DNA of 64,000 bases from NCBI GenBank assembly GCA_964632795.1, contig CAZWEZ010000005.1, forward strand, positions 314 through 64,313, in the 5' to 3' direction. This document shows positions 1-10,590 of this stretch, in pieces. How positions within the stretch are numbered: the stretch's first letter is position 1; every line of letters begins with the position of its first letter. Position numbers and translations under genes: made by a program. Under the pieces are notes generated by a model, which saw nothing but the letters and a program-made list of their open reading frames with translations, had not been told where the DNA came from and searched no databases. The stretch is from an uncultured Thalassospiraceae bacterium (lineage in GTDB: Bacteria; Pseudomonadota; Alphaproteobacteria; Rhodospirillales; 2-02-FULL-58-16).

Positions 1-865
1 CGAGGCGCGCCGCGATGACCTCGCCGACACCGACCTCGATGCCCGCCTGATGGAGGAGGCGCTCGACGTCACCCTGCCGGTCCGCCCCGAAGGCAGCGGG
101 CGCGTCCACCCCATCAGCCAGACCATCGACGAGGTGGTCGCCATCTGCGGCGAGATGGGCTTCACCGTCGCCGAGGGCCCCGACATCGAGGACGACTGGT
201 ACAACTTCACCGCCCTCAATATCCCGCCCGAGCACCCGGCGCGCCAGGAACACGACACCTTTTATTTGCCCGGCGGCGAGGACGGGAACCGCAAGGTGCT
301 GCGCACCCATACCTCGCCGGTGCAGATCCGGACCATGCTCGAGGTCAAGCCGCCGATCCGCATCATCGTCCCCGGGCGCACCTTCCGCTGCGACTACGAC
401 GCCACCCATTCGCCGATGTTCCACCAGGTGGAAGGCCTGGTGGTCGACAAGACCACCCACATGGGCCACCTCAAGGGCTGCCTGATCGACTTCTGCCGCG
501 CCTTCTTCGGGGTCGACGACCTGCCGGTCCGCTTCCGGCCCAGCTACTTCCCGTTCACCGAGCCCTCGGCCGAGGTCGACATCGGCTGTACGCGCGAAGG
601 CGGCACGCTGCGCATCGGCCACGGCGAGGATTGGCTGGAGATCCTCGGCAGCGGCATGGTCAACCCCCGGGTGCTGGACAACTGCGGCATCGATTCCACC
701 GTTTATCAGGGCTTCGCCTTCGGCATGGGGGTCGAGCGCATGGCGATGCTCAAGTACGGCATCCCTGACCTGCGCACCTTCTTCGAGTCCGATCTGCGTT
801 GGCTGCGCCACTACGGCTTCGCGGCGCTCGACGTGCCGAGCATGGTCGGGGGGCTGAACCCGTGA
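1..865 (+). CDS. pheS: Phenylalanine--tRNA ligase alpha subunit (C-terminal part; 5' end lies upstream of the window)
   Basis: The reading frame is open from nt 2 with no upstream stop. Class II aaRS core motifs are present ([32 protein letters not shown]). The stop overlaps the pheT start (GTGA at 862-865). Confidence 0.95.
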   Translation, partial: EARRDDLADTDLDARLMEEALDVTLPVRPEGSGRVHPISQTIDEVVAICGEMGFTVAEGPDIEDDWYNFTALNIPPEHPARQEHDTFYLPGGEDGNRKVLRTHTSPVQIRTMLEVKPPIRIIVPGRTFRCDYDATHSPMFHQVEGLVVDKTTHMGHLKGCLIDFCRAFFGVDDLPVRFRPSYFPFTEPSAEVDIGCTREGGTLRIGHGEDWLEILGSGMVNPRVLDNCGIDSTVYQGFAFGMGVERMAMLKYGIPDLRTFFESDLRWLRHYGFAALDVPSMVGGLNP

Positions 866-3264
866 AGTTCACCTTCGCCTGGCTCAAGGAGCACCTGGAG
901 ACCGAGGCCCCGCTGGCCGAGATCGTCGAGCGGCTGACCATGATCGGCCTCGAGGTGGACTCGGTGAGCGACCGCGCCGAGGGGCTGGAGGAGTTCGTCG
1001 CCGCCCGGGTGCTCGAGGCCAAACCCCACCCCAACGCCGACCGGCTCAAGGTGTGCCGGGTCGATACCGGCTCGGGGACCTTCGAGATCGTCTGCGGGGC
1101 GCCCAACGCGCGGACCGGCATGATGGGGGTGTTCGCGGCCACCGGCGCCTACATCCCGGGCATCGGCCTCGAGCTCAAGAAGGCCAGCATCCGTGGGGTG
1201 GAGAGCAACGGCATGCTGCTTTCGGAACGCGAGATGGGGCTGTCCGACGAACACCAGGGAATCGTCGAATTGCCCGAGGACACGCCGCTCGGCGCCTCGG
1301 CGGTGGCGGTGATGGGGCTGGATGACGCCGTCATCGACGTCGAGGTGACCCCCAACCGGGGCGACTGCCTGGGGGTGCGCGGGATCGCCCGGGACCTGGC
1401 GGCGGCCGGCCTGGGGACGCTCAAGCCGGTCGACGCGACGCCGCTCGAGGGCACCTTCGACAGCCCGCTCGCCGTCCATCTCGACTTCACGCCGGAGACC
1501 GCCGACGCCTGCCCCTACTTCGTCGGCCGCTACATCCGCGGGGTGCGCAACGTCGAAAGCCCCGGCTGGCTCAAGGACAGGCTGCTGGCCGTCGGCTTGC
1601 GGCCGATCACCGCCCTGGTCGATATCACCAACCTGCTGACCATCGGGCTGTGTCGTCCGCTGCACGTGTTCGACGCCGACAAGGTCAACGGCGACATCCA
1701 CGTCCGCCTGGCAAGGTCCGGCGAGATGTTGCCGGCGCTCAACGGCAAGGTCTACGAGCTCGACGCCGAGATGACGGTGATCGCCGACGACCACGAGGCC
1801 GAGGCGCTGGGCGGGGTGATGGGCGGCGAGCGCACCGGATGCACCGAGAACACCGTCAACGTGTTCCTCGAATCGGCGCTGTTCGACCCGCTCCGCACGG
1901 CGGCCACCGGACGGCGGCTCAACCTGCAGTCGGACGCCCGCTTCCGCTTCGAGCGCGGCATCGACCCGGCGTTCCTGGTCGACGGCATGGAGATCGGCTC
2001 GCGCCTGATCGTCGAGATGTGCGGCGGCGAGCCGTCCCGTCCGGTGATCGCCGGCGTCGAGCCCGACTGGAAGCGCGAGGTCGCGTTGCGTCCCGACCGG
2101 GTCCGCGCCCTGGGCGGCGTCGAGGTGTCGGCCGAGGAGACCGGACGCATCCTTTCGACCCTCGGTTTCGAGGCTGTCGGCGGAAAGCGGTATCGGTATT
2201 GCGTCCCGTCGTGGCGCAACGACATCGTCGGCGAGGCCGACCTGGTCGAGGAGGTCACCCGCATCCACGGCTTCGACCGCATCGAACCGGTGTCGCTCGA
2301 GCGCGACGCGGCGTTGCCCCATCCGGCCCTGAACGCGCTTCAGCGGCGCCGCGCCGACGCCCGCCGGGCGCTGGCCGGACGCGGCATGGTCGAGGCGGTG
2401 ACCCTGTCGTTCCTGGCCGCCGACCACGCCGCGCTGTTCGGCGGGGTGGCCGACGCCGTGCGCCTGGTCAACCCGATCAGCAGCGACCTCGACGTCATGC
2501 GCCCCTCGCCGCTTCCCAACCTGATCGCGGCGTGTGGGCGCAACGCCGACCGCGGGATTGCGGACGGCGCCTTGTTCGAGATCGGCCCCCGCTACGCCGG
2601 CGACGCGCCCGAGGACCAGGACACGGTGGCCGCCGGCGTGCGCTCGGGGAGCGCCGGCGAACGCAACTGGGCGCAGCCGCCGCGCCCGGTGGACGTCTTC
2701 GACGCCAAGGCCGACGCGATCGCCGTTCTGGCCCGCCTCGGCCTGCCCGCCGACAGCCTGCAGGTCGCCCCCGAGGCTCCCTCCTGGTACCACCCGGGGC
2801 GCTCGGGCAGCCTGCGGCTCGGCCCCAAGACGGTGCTCGCCGAGTTCGGCGAGATCCACCCCCGGGTGCTGCGGCGGATGGGCGTCAAGGGGCCGGTCGC
2901 CGGCTTCGAGGTGCTCCTCGACCGGCTGCCCAAGCCCAAGCCGAGAAAGAACGCCGCCAAGCCGCACCTCGATCTGTCCTCCCTGCAACCGGTGGAGCGC
3001 GACTTCGCCTTCGTGCTCGACGACGCGGTGCCGGCGGCGGCGGTCCTGCGCGCCGCCCGGGGGGCGGACAGGAAGCTGATCGCCGGGGTCGGCGTGTTCG
3101 ACGTCTTCGGCGGCGGCTCCCTGGGCGCCGGCAAGAAGTCGCTGGCCATCAGCGTCACCCTGCAACCGACCGGCAAGACCCTGACCGACGCCGAGATCGA
3201 GGCGGTCGCCGAACGGGTGGTGGCCGCCGTCGAAAAAGCGACGGGCGGCGTCCTCAGGACGTAG
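862..3264 (+). CDS. pheT: Phenylalanine--tRNA ligase beta subunit
   Basis: GTG at 862 gives [16 protein letters not shown], the canonical PheT N-terminus. The product is ~800 aa and sits immediately after pheS with a 4-nt overlap. The upstream part of ORF 799..3264 overlaps the pheS coding frame. Confidence 0.95.
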   Translation: MKFTFAWLKEHLETEAPLAEIVERLTMIGLEVDSVSDRAEGLEEFVAARVLEAKPHPNADRLKVCRVDTGSGTFEIVCGAPNARTGMMGVFAATGAYIPGIGLELKKASIRGVESNGMLLSEREMGLSDEHQGIVELPEDTPLGASAVAVMGLDDAVIDVEVTPNRGDCLGVRGIARDLAAAGLGTLKPVDATPLEGTFDSPLAVHLDFTPETADACPYFVGRYIRGVRNVESPGWLKDRLLAVGLRPITALVDITNLLTIGLCRPLHVFDADKVNGDIHVRLARSGEMLPALNGKVYELDAEMTVIADDHEAEALGGVMGGERTGCTENTVNVFLESALFDPLRTAATGRRLNLQSDARFRFERGIDPAFLVDGMEIGSRLIVEMCGGEPSRPVIAGVEPDWKREVALRPDRVRALGGVEVSAEETGRILSTLGFEAVGGKRYRYCVPSWRNDIVGEADLVEEVTRIHGFDRIEPVSLERDAALPHPALNALQRRRADARRALAGRGMVEAVTLSFLAADHAALFGGVADAVRLVNPISSDLDVMRPSPLPNLIAACGRNADRGIADGALFEIGPRYAGDAPEDQDTVAAGVRSGSAGERNWAQPPRPVDVFDAKADAIAVLARLGLPADSLQVAPEAPSWYHPGRSGSLRLGPKTVLAEFGEIHPRVLRRMGVKGPVAGFEVLLDRLPKPKPRKNAAKPHLDLSSLQPVERDFAFVLDDAVPAAAVLRAARGADRKLIAGVGVFDVFGGGSLGAGKKSLAISVTLQPTGKTLTDAEIEAVAERVVAAVEKATGGVLRT

Positions 3265-3265
3265 A

Positions 3266-3325
3266 GTCGATAGTCGGGATCGGGCCCACCACCGCCAGGG
3301 GCCGATTCTGCTCGACGTTTTTTTT
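3266..3325 (+). terminator. Putative intrinsic terminator after pheT
   Basis: An imperfect long hairpin has a base pairing of gtcga (3266-3270) with tcgac (3312-3316) and inner ggccc/gggcc pairing. It is followed by g plus a run of eight T (3318-3325). Confidence 0.4.
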
Positions 3326-3350
3326 CCGGCGGGACGAGGAGATGGAGACC

Positions 3351-5183
3351 ATGGGATGGCAAGGTAGGGTTCTGCGCGTCAACCTGAGCGAGGGCACCTG
3401 CGAGGGCGAGGACCTGAACCGCGAATGGGCCGAACAGTACCTGGGCCAGCGCGGCCTGGGCAGCCGCTACTTCACCGCCGAGGTCGAGCCCAAGGTCGAT
3501 CCCCTGTCGCCGGACAACAAGCTGGTCTACGCCACCGGCCCGCTGACCGGCACCATGGCGCCGACCGGAGCCCGTTTCTCGGTGGTCACCAAGGGGGCGC
3601 TGACCAACATCATCGCCGCCTCCAACTCGGGCGGCCACTTCGGGGCCGAGCTCAAGGCTGCCGGCTGGGACGTGCTGATCGTCGAGGGCAAGGCCAAGAG
3701 CCCGCTCTACCTGTACGTCCGCGACGACCACGCCGAGCTGTTGGCGGCCGACGACCTGTGGGGACGCTCGGTGTGGGAATGCGAACCGGCGCTCAAGGCC
3801 CGCCACATGGACCCCCTGATCAAGGTCTCCTCGATCGGCCGGGCCGGCGAGATCGGGGTCAGGTTCGCCGGCATCGTCAACGACCTCGACCGGGCCGCCG
3901 GGCGCTCCGGGGTCGGCGCCGTGATGGGGTCGAAGAACCTCAAGGCGATCGCCGTGCGCGGCACCACCGGGATCGCGGTCAACGACCCCGAGGCCTTCCG
4001 GGCGGCGGTCGACAACGCCCGGCGAATCCTCGACCCGAGTGCGCCCAGGGCCCGCTACGAGAACATCGGCACCCACGGCATGATGGACGTCACCCAGAAC
4101 TTCGGCGCCCTGCCGGCGTACAACTGCCACGACGTCCAGTTCGACGGCACGCCCAGGATCAACGCCGCGGCGATGCAGAAGAGGCGCCTCACCGACGGCC
4201 GCTCAACCTTGCAGACCAACAAGGCCTGCTTCGGCTGCACCATCGGCTGCGGCCGGGTCTCCAAGCTCGACCCGACCCACTTCTCGGTGGCCGGCAAGCA
4301 GGGCCGCGAGGTCTATCTCGAATCCCAGGGCGGGCTGGAATACGAATCCGCCTTCTCACTGGGCGCCATGACCGGCATCGACGACCGCGAGGCGATGACC
4401 TACGCCAACTACATCTGCAACCAACAGGGGATGGACCCGATCTCCTTCGGAGTCACCGTGGCGGCGGCGATGGAACTCTACGAGGTCGGGGCGATCACCG
4501 ACGCCGACACCGGCGGGATCGCGCTCGACTTCGGCTCCGCCGAGGGCCTGGTGGCGATGGCCGAACTGACCGCCCTCGGCGAGGGCCTGGGCAAGGACAT
4601 CGGGATGGGCTCCAAGGGGCTGTGCGAGAAGTACGGCCACCCCGAGTTCGCGATGCAGGTCAAGGGCCAGGAGATCGCCGGCTACGACCCCCGCGCCATG
4701 CAGGGGATGGGGCTGGCCTATGCGACCAGCAACCGCGGCGCCTGCCACATCCGCTCGCGGCCCTTCGTCGACGACTTCTCGCGCGTCGAGACCGAGGGCA
4801 AGGCGAAGATCGTCAAGGACACCCAGGACGAGGTGGCGGCGATCGATTCGACGGGCCTGTGCGTCTTCGCCTACAACGCCTGGAGCATGGACGACATCGC
4901 GGCCATGGTCGAGGGCGCCTGCGGCGGCGGCTGGACCGCCGAACGGATGTGCCTGACCGGCGAGCGGGTGTGGAACCTGGAGCGCAAGTTCAACCTCGAG
5001 GCCGGCCTGACGGCGGCCGACGACACCCTGCCCCGGCGCCTGCTCGAGGAGGCCGCCAAGCGGGGCACCGCCAGGGGCCATGTCTGCGGGCTGGATGCGA
5101 TGCTGCCCGAATACTACCGGCTGCGCGGTTGGGACGCCGGCGGCGTGCCCACCGCCGAGACGGTCAAACGTCTGAGGATTTGA
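3351..5183 (+). CDS. Aldehyde:ferredoxin oxidoreductase (tungstopterin AOR family)
   Basis: The translation MGWQGRVLRVNLSEGT...VYATGPLTGTMAPTGARFSVVTKGALTN...KACFGCTIGCGR...ATSNRGACHIRS is typical of the AOR family. ATG 3351 lies ~10 nt after GAGGAG (3335-3340); ATG 3342 is an alternative. The upstream 567 codons of ORF 1650..5183 are an Arg/Pro-rich artefact antisense or out of frame to pheT. Confidence 0.85.
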   Translation: MGWQGRVLRVNLSEGTCEGEDLNREWAEQYLGQRGLGSRYFTAEVEPKVDPLSPDNKLVYATGPLTGTMAPTGARFSVVTKGALTNIIAASNSGGHFGAELKAAGWDVLIVEGKAKSPLYLYVRDDHAELLAADDLWGRSVWECEPALKARHMDPLIKVSSIGRAGEIGVRFAGIVNDLDRAAGRSGVGAVMGSKNLKAIAVRGTTGIAVNDPEAFRAAVDNARRILDPSAPRARYENIGTHGMMDVTQNFGALPAYNCHDVQFDGTPRINAAAMQKRRLTDGRSTLQTNKACFGCTIGCGRVSKLDPTHFSVAGKQGREVYLESQGGLEYESAFSLGAMTGIDDREAMTYANYICNQQGMDPISFGVTVAAAMELYEVGAITDADTGGIALDFGSAEGLVAMAELTALGEGLGKDIGMGSKGLCEKYGHPEFAMQVKGQEIAGYDPRAMQGMGLAYATSNRGACHIRSRPFVDDFSRVETEGKAKIVKDTQDEVAAIDSTGLCVFAYNAWSMDDIAAMVEGACGGGWTAERMCLTGERVWNLERKFNLEAGLTAADDTLPRRLLEEAAKRGTARGHVCGLDAMLPEYYRLRGWDAGGVPTAETVKRLRI

Positions 5184-6033
5184 GCCCCTTCAACACTTCC
5201 AACGTCCGCACGCGGTCCTTGACCTGGTGCCAGTGGCGTTCGCTGACGCCGGCGATCAGGGCCTCGACCAGGGTCAGGATCACGGCCGCCGAATCCCACC
5301 TCGAGGGAACGTCGATCCGCACCGGGAAGGTGTGCTTGGCGAGGCGCGAGATGGGCGACAGCCATTGGTCGGTGAACAGGACGACCGTGGCGCCGCGCCC
5401 GGCGGCCTGTTCGGCGAACCGAACCACCTCGCCCTGATAGCGGCGAATGTCGAAGACCGCGAGGACGTCGCGGCGGCCCATGTCCAGGATGTCTTCGCGC
5501 CAGGTGGCGCTGTGCCCCTCGACCAGATGGACGTTGGGCCGCAGCACGCGAAGATGGGCGTAGAGATAGGCGGCGATGGCGCCGGTGAAACGGCCGCCGA
5601 GGACATGGACCGTCCGCTTGCGGTCGGCCAATAGCCGGATCGCGGCTTCGAACTCCGAGCCCGGCAGCGACTTCAGCGATTCCTCGATATTGTCGCGCAC
5701 CGCGGCGGCGAAACGTCCCAGGAAGTCCTTGTTCCCCTTTCCCGCCGCCTCCTTGCCGTACGTCTTGGCGAGCGGGGATTGGAGCCGCACCTCCAGTTCC
5801 TCCCTCAGGGCACGCTGGAAATCGGCGTAGCCGGAGAACCCCAGCTTGCCGACCAGACGCAGGATCGTCGGCCCGCTGACCCCGGACTGGCTGGCGAATT
5901 TGGCCACCGTATCCAGCCCCGCCAGCGGGTAGTTGACGAGAAGGGCCTGGGCCGGCTTGCGCTCGGTGGGCGTCAGGCGGTCGAAGATCCGGCGGATCTC
6001 CTCGGCGATCGTCCTCGGGGGCTGACTGGTCAT
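5164..6033 (-). CDS. RpiR/MurR-family transcriptional regulator (HTH + SIS domain)
   Basis: There is an N-terminal HTH (TVAKFASQSGVSGPTILRLVGKLGFSGYADF) and a C-terminal SIS-like region (VHVLGGRFTGAIAAYLY). The 3' end overlaps the convergent AOR gene by 20 nt. Confidence 0.85.
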   Translation of the reverse strand: MTSQPPRTIAEEIRRIFDRLTPTERKPAQALLVNYPLAGLDTVAKFASQSGVSGPTILRLVGKLGFSGYADFQRALREELEVRLQSPLAKTYGKEAAGKGNKDFLGRFAAAVRDNIEESLKSLPGSEFEAAIRLLADRKRTVHVLGGRFTGAIAAYLYAHLRVLRPNVHLVEGHSATWREDILDMGRRDVLAVFDIRRYQGEVVRFAEQAAGRGATVVLFTDQWLSPISRLAKHTFPVRIDVPSRWDSAAVILTLVEALIAGVSERHWHQVKDRVRTLEVLKGLKSSDV

Positions 6034-6072
6034 GATCCCTCAGGATACAGCCGAATAACAAAAATTTCAAAT

Positions 6073-6100
6073 TTGACAGCCAATGGCAAAACTGTAATAT
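6073..6100 (+). promoter_or_regulatory. Putative sigma70-type promoter for the 6158 gene
   Basis: TTGACA (6073-6078), a 16-nt spacer, then TAATAT (6095-6100). It lies in a strikingly AT-rich divergent intergenic region, ~58 nt upstream of ATG 6158. Confidence 0.35.
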
Positions 6101-6157
6101 CTCGTTCAACAATACAAAACGAAAAAATGCGACGGCGCAGGGTTCGGCTTCTCAGGC

Positions 6158-6976
<819 letters not shown>

Positions 6977-7056
6977 TGCCCGACCGTCGGGGCTCTCTTG
7001 CCTAACCTGAGACGCCCACTGAACTAAGGACCATTGCTTCAATGAAAACCAGGTAA

Positions 7057-7611
7057 ATGCCGAAAGCAATAATACAATACGTGCGATATGTAGATGCCGT
7101 TAACCGGGTCGTCGGCCGGTTCGCGATGTATCTGGTCTTCGCCATGATAGGCGTGCTGCTCTATTCCTCCATCGCCAAGACATTCTTCCTGCCGCCCTTG
7201 TGGACGTTCGAAATGGCCCAGTTCCTGATGGCCGCCTACTACATTCTGGGCGGCGGCTATTCCATGCAACTGGACGCTCACGTGCGGATGGACCTTCTCT
7301 ATAGCCGTTGGTCGCCACAGAGAATGGCCTTCGTCGATACCCTGACTTCGGTGGCGCTGATTACCTATCTGGTGCTCCTGCTTTACGGCAGCGTCTCCAG
7401 CACCGAGTACGCGTTGAAGTACGGCGAGACGAGCTACTCGTCCTGGTCGCCCTACATGGCGCCGATCAAGCTCATCATGACCTTCGGGATCGTTCTCATG
7501 CTTCTGCAGGCCATCGCCTTCTTCTTCAAGGATCTGGCCACGGCGCGGGGGCGGACCATCGACGGACGTCTCCTGGCGGACGTCGAACAGGCAGGGGGGT
7601 CGTCATCATGA
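7057..7611 (+). CDS. TRAP transporter small permease (DctQ-like)
   Basis: A 184-aa product with four predicted TM helices. Its stop overlaps the start of the large permease (ATGA at 7608-7611). Confidence 0.8.
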   Translation: MPKAIIQYVRYVDAVNRVVGRFAMYLVFAMIGVLLYSSIAKTFFLPPLWTFEMAQFLMAAYYILGGGYSMQLDAHVRMDLLYSRWSPQRMAFVDTLTSVALITYLVLLLYGSVSSTEYALKYGETSYSSWSPYMAPIKLIMTFGIVLMLLQAIAFFFKDLATARGRTIDGRLLADVEQAGGSSS

Positions 7612-8930
7612 GCTACGAGATGATCGCCCTGCTGATGTTTTCGTCGATGATGATCATGCTGCTGACCGGACAGCGCGTGTACGGCGCCATTGGCTTCGTC
7701 GCCGCTTTCGCGGCCTTGATGTTGTGGGGCGACGGCGGCTCCGAGATGGCGTTCACCGCCGCCATGAAGTTGATGAAGTGGTATCCGCTGCTGACCCTGC
7801 CGCTGTTCATCTACATGGGCTACATGCTCTCGGAATCGAAAATCGCCGATGATCTTTACAAGATGTTCCATGTCTGGATGGGCCCTCTCAACGGCGGCCT
7901 GGCGATCGGCACCATCGGCCTGATGGTGGTCATTTCGGCGATGAACGGCTTGAGCGTCGCGGGCATGGCCATCGGCGCCACCATCGCCCTGCCGGAATTG
8001 CTCAAGCGCGGCTACGACAAGGTCATGGTCACCGGCGTCATCCAGGCCGGCAGTTCGTTGGGCATCCTGGTGCCCCCCAGCGTGGTGCTGGTGCTCTACG
8101 GCATGATCGCCCGCCAACCGGTGGGCCAGCTGTGGCTCGCCGGGGTGTTTCCCGGTCTCATGATGGCCTCGCTGTTCGTGATCTACATCGTCGTGCGCTG
8201 CAAGATTCAGCCCCATTTAGGGCCGGCCCTGCCCAAGGAGGAACGCCAGGTCGGGTGGGGCGAGAAATTCCGCCTGCTCCGGGCCGGCATCCTGCCGTTG
8301 GCCATTTTCTTCTCGATGACGGGCCTGTTCCTGATGGGGTTCACCAGTCTGGTGGAAAGTTCCGCCGTCGGCGCGACGGCAGCCACGGTCGGGGCGTTGG
8401 TCAAGGGCCGCCTGAATCGCCACGTCATCGAAGAGACCATCCGCAAGACCCTGGCCGTGAGCTGCATGTTCATGTGGATCATTCTGGCGGCGATGTGTTT
8501 CGGCGCGGTTTTCGACGGCCTGGGCGCGGTCAAGGCGATCGAGTTCTTCTTTGTCGAAAAGATGGGATTGGGGCCCTGGCAAATCCTCATCATGATGCAG
8601 TTGTCCTACCTCCTGATGGGCATGTTCCTGGATGACACCGCCATGCTGGTGATCGTCGCGCCTCTTTATGTGCCGCTGGTCGGGTTATTGGGTTTCGACC
8701 TGGTATGGTACGGCGTGCTCTACACCATCACCTGTCAGATCGCCTACATGACACCGCCGTTTGGCTACAATCTGTTCCTGATGCGGGCGATGGCGCCCCC
8801 GGAAGTGACGCTGAGCGACATTTACCATTCGATCACCCCGTTCGTGCTGGTCATGATCTTCGGTCTCATCCTTGTCATGATATTCCCCGATATCGCCCTG
8901 TGGCTGCCCCATTGGCATTATGGAAAGTGA
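7608..8930 (+). CDS. TRAP transporter large permease (DctM-like)
   Basis: The start MSYEMIALLMFSSMMIMLLTGQRVYG at ATG 7608 is in frame with ORF 7308..8930. The product is a polytopic ~440-aa membrane protein typical of DctM. Confidence 0.9.
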   Translation: MSYEMIALLMFSSMMIMLLTGQRVYGAIGFVAAFAALMLWGDGGSEMAFTAAMKLMKWYPLLTLPLFIYMGYMLSESKIADDLYKMFHVWMGPLNGGLAIGTIGLMVVISAMNGLSVAGMAIGATIALPELLKRGYDKVMVTGVIQAGSSLGILVPPSVVLVLYGMIARQPVGQLWLAGVFPGLMMASLFVIYIVVRCKIQPHLGPALPKEERQVGWGEKFRLLRAGILPLAIFFSMTGLFLMGFTSLVESSAVGATAATVGALVKGRLNRHVIEETIRKTLAVSCMFMWIILAAMCFGAVFDGLGAVKAIEFFFVEKMGLGPWQILIMMQLSYLLMGMFLDDTAMLVIVAPLYVPLVGLLGFDLVWYGVLYTITCQIAYMTPPFGYNLFLMRAMAPPEVTLSDIYHSITPFVLVMIFGLILVMIFPDIALWLPHWHYGK

Positions 8931-9039
8931 GACCTGAAATATGGATTAAGTAATAATGAGTTCCCCCACACAGGGGGACACAGACATGGCAAAGAGTAAC
9001 GTTGGATTTACAGTAACCAAGGTAAAGGAGACAGGGAAG

Positions 9040-10092
9040 ATGAAAAGACGCAATTTCCTCAAGAAAGCAGGTGTCGCGACAGCAGGCGCGGTGGCAGCGA
9101 CAGCCCTCAGCGCGCCGTTTGTCAAGACGCAGGCGAAAACGACCATCAAGTGGCGGCTTCAAACCTATGCCGGCCCGGCCCTGGGCGCGCATGTCATCAA
9201 ACCGTCGATCGACGCCTTCAACAAAGTCGCCGGCAGCGACATGAACATCGAGCTGTATTTCTCCGACCAGTTGGTGCCTACCGGCGAGCTGTTCCGGGCG
9301 ATGCAGAAAGGGACCATCGACGCCGTCCAGAGCGACGACGACTCGATCGCGGCGCCGGTGGATGTTTCCGTGTTCGGCGGCTACTTCCCGTTCGCCACCC
9401 GCTACAGCCTGGACGTCCCGGTGCTGTTCAACCAGTACGGCCTGAAGGAAATCTGGGAGGAGGCCTACGGCGAGGTGGAAGGCGTCACCTGGCTCAGCGC
9501 CGGCGCCTGGGACCCCTGCCACTTCAACACCGTCGACCCCATCTACAGCCTTGCCGATCTCAAGGGCAAGCGGGTGTTCACCTTCCCCACCGCCGGAAAA
9601 TTCCTGACGCGCTTCGGCGTCGTTCCGGTGACGCTTCCCTGGGAGGACATCGAGGTCGCCGTTCAAACCGGCGAGTTGGACGGCATCGCCTGGTCCGGCA
9701 TCACAGAGGACTACACCGTCGGCTGGGCCGATGTGACCAACTACTTCCTGACCAACAACATCTCCGGCGCCTGGATCGGGTCGTATTTCGCCAATTCCAA
9801 CAGCTGGGACGCCCTGCCCGAAAACCTGCAGACCCTGTTCAGACTGTGCATGGACAGCTCGCACTACTACAGGCAGTACTGGTACTGGGGCGGCGAAGCC
9901 GAACTCCGCACCAAGGGCACCAAACTGAAACTGACCTCGATCCCCGACGAAGAGTGGGCGACCGTCGAGCAAGAGGCGTACAAGTTCTGGGATGAGATTG
10001 CCGCCAAGAGCCCGAGGAGCGCCAAGGTGGTGCAGATCATCAAGGACTACGCCAAAACCATGACGGACGCCGGTCCTCCGTACCGGTACTAA
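9040..10092 (+). CDS. TRAP transporter periplasmic solute-binding protein (Tat-signal, COG4663-like)
   Basis: AAGGAG (9025-9030) precedes ATG 9040. The twin-arginine signal is MKRRNFLKKAGVATAGAVAATALSAPF. The mature part resembles the mannitol/chloroaromatic-type DctP family. Confidence 0.85.
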   Translation: MKRRNFLKKAGVATAGAVAATALSAPFVKTQAKTTIKWRLQTYAGPALGAHVIKPSIDAFNKVAGSDMNIELYFSDQLVPTGELFRAMQKGTIDAVQSDDDSIAAPVDVSVFGGYFPFATRYSLDVPVLFNQYGLKEIWEEAYGEVEGVTWLSAGAWDPCHFNTVDPIYSLADLKGKRVFTFPTAGKFLTRFGVVPVTLPWEDIEVAVQTGELDGIAWSGITEDYTVGWADVTNYFLTNNISGAWIGSYFANSNSWDALPENLQTLFRLCMDSSHYYRQYWYWGGEAELRTKGTKLKLTSIPDEEWATVEQEAYKFWDEIAAKSPRSAKVVQIIKDYAKTMTDAGPPYRY

Positions 10093-10129
10093 GGCACAGC
10101 CCCCGAAACGATGGGGGGGAATGACTAGG

Positions 10130-10168
10130 GCTAGCCGGCGGCGGGAACGCCCCGGCTAGCTTTATTTT
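10130..10168 (+). terminator. Rho-independent terminator after the TRAP operon
   Basis: A perfect 9-bp stem pairs gctagccgg (10130-10138) with ccggctagc (10152-10160). It is followed by tttatttt (10161-10168). Confidence 0.6.
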
Positions 10169-10182
10169 GAAAAGGTATTTCG

Positions 10183-10590
10183 ATGAACCCGTGAAGCGTC
10201 GAGACCGCCGCCGACGCCCGCAAGATCGTCGAGGAACGCAAGCTCGACCACGTCAAGGTAGGCGTCATCGACATCGACGGGGTGCTGCGCGGCAAGTACA
10301 TGTCGCGGGATGACAACGCGACCTACACCGGATGGCACACGGGCTATCCCGACGCCCCGGTAAGGATCCTCCCCGGAAGCTGCCGGGACATCCCGTGGGA
10401 GGACGGCATACCGTTGTTCCTCGGCGAGTTCACCGAGGCGGCCGAGAATATCTGCCCCCACGGCATCCTGCGCCGGGTGCTGGACAAGGCCCGCACCATG
10501 GGCTTTGAGGTCCTGGCCGGGTTCGAGTACGAGTTCTTCATCTTCGAGGACCCCCCCCATACGGCGCGCCAGAAGCACTACCGCGACCTT
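10183..10590 (+). pseudogene. Glutamine synthetase-like (GlnA/PuuA-type) gene remnant: N-terminal ~135 codons only, with an in-frame TGA at codon 4
   Basis: ATG AAC CCG TGA occupies 10183-10194. The same frame then reads SVETAADARKIVEERKLDHVKVGVIDIDGVLRGKYM...GFEVLAGFEYEFFIFED...HYRDL, a GS N-terminal beta-grasp plus the start of the catalytic domain. Similarity stops at ~10590, exactly at the stop codon of the convergent gene. Confidence 0.7.

Noticed and set aside
811-3165. There are very long ORFs antisense to or out of frame with real genes. Examples are 811..3165(-), the first 567 codons of 1650..5183(+), 2592..4130(-), 12358..14865(-), 15833..17686(-), 17533..19011(-) and 20301..21725(-).
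   Set aside because: Their translations are Arg/Pro/Gly/Ala-rich low-complexity strings with no motifs. Each overlaps a strongly supported gene on the other strand or frame. This is the typical stop-codon-poor artefact of high-GC DNA.
10192-10194. The in-frame TGA at codon 4 of the GS-like frame could be selenocysteine or programmed read-through.
   Set aside because: There is no SECIS-like hairpin immediately downstream and GS-family proteins are not selenoproteins. The gene is also 3'-truncated, so a nonsense mutation in a pseudogene is the simpler reading.
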